64,000 nucleotides of DNA from NCBI GenBank assembly GCA_951406725.2, contig OX597814.1:49104001-49168000 (forward strand). Direction: 5' to 3'. The position numbers and the translations under genes were made by a program. Shown here in pieces: positions 63,051 to 64,000 of this stretch (the stretch's first letter is position 1; each line of letters begins with the position of its first letter). The stretch is from Octopus vulgaris. Lineage: Eukaryota. The notes below the pieces were generated by a model. The model made no database searches. It was not told the origin of the DNA and saw nothing but the letters and a program-made list of their open reading frames with translations.

Positions 63051-64000
63051 CTCGCCTGTTTGTTTCTCTGGCGGTATATCCATTTGTTCCGAATTCATCC
63101 CAGCTCAGCCTGTGTGTTCTACACCCCACCCATCACCTCTTTCATGTCCAGGGTGGTCTCTGCCACCTCAGCAGCTTTTCTCACGCTCTATTTCCTTTCA
63201 TAAACACTGGTCCGCACAACAGCGGAATCCACCAAATCCCGTAACATCACGTCGGGCTTTTGCTACTTTGAACCCCTTTAATGATTCTGTCAAATCATCA
63301 GCGCCTTACACGCGCGCGCGCGTATGTGTATGTGTGTGCGTGTACGTATATGCACACATACATTAATAGCAAACTGGAAGAATGAGTACTCAACACTGAA
63401 ATTTTTGTCACACACACACACACCCACACATAAACGCGCGCCAACATAGACACAAAAAGTGGGGGGGGGGTGACCCCCATACCTACTTTCTACCTGAAAA
63501 TCTATATAATTCATCCTTTTCTATTTCTTTGTACACTTAAATATCATACTAACCCCAGTATTACCCATAAAGCTTTGAACAAAATTTTTCGCATTATACT
63601 CGAGTATATTGCACTAAGCCCCCCACACACATTTATATACATATATGTATATATATGTTCGCTATGCATAGAGATACAAACGCACGCACACACACACACA
63701 CACACACAGAATAAGAGTTTTATCCATGTTAAGCGTAAGCTATAGTAACATTTTTTTAAATGTGTACTCTGTCCTTTACATATATTGATATTTGCTTCGA
63801 GATGTCTTGAACGATTGAAAGTACGCTATGAAAGTGCGTGTATGTGTGCGCGCGTGTCTGTGTGTGTGTATGTGTCTATGTTTCTGTATGTAATTTTGTA
63901 TGAGTGTACGTGTGTGTGCATGCGTACGTGCGTGCGTGCGTGCATGCGCGCTTATGTGGAGAGAAGTGTGTATATGTGTAAATATTTTTTATTCAAAGTT

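Overview
AT-rich, microsatellite-dense animal genomic DNA. The repeat repertoire suggests a coleoid cephalopod, probably Octopus (inference): three tRNA-headed SINE families, RTE, CR1, R4/Dong and CRE LINEs, Penelope-like elements (PLEs), Tc1/mariner, Helitrons and MITEs. I see no intact host protein-coding gene. Nearly all ORFs in the track are microsatellite read-throughs or transposon fragments. A CpG-depleted to CpG-retaining transition near 49.7-50 kb, next to a minus-strand ATG...GTAAGC mini-exon, suggests the left ~50 kb may be intronic. The strongest signal is a set of hammerhead ribozyme (HHR) motifs found by manual folding. (i) A type I HHR sits inside a 358-bp unit with 80-bp terminal redundancy, resembling a retrozyme or circular-RNA retrocopy (17.3-17.8 kb). 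(ii) Two divergent copies, plus weaker relatives, have HHR core segments in a non-circularly permuted, pseudoknotted order with covarying stems (8.9, 55.1, 56.7 kb). (iii) A G3-C8 core-swapped minimal HHR lies inside a perfect palindrome with 137-bp arms (34.2-34.4 kb). (iv) An HHR with a ~100-nt stem II lies at the 3' end of a GIY-YIG PLE (59.9-60.0 kb). All RNA structures were folded by eye and are untested.
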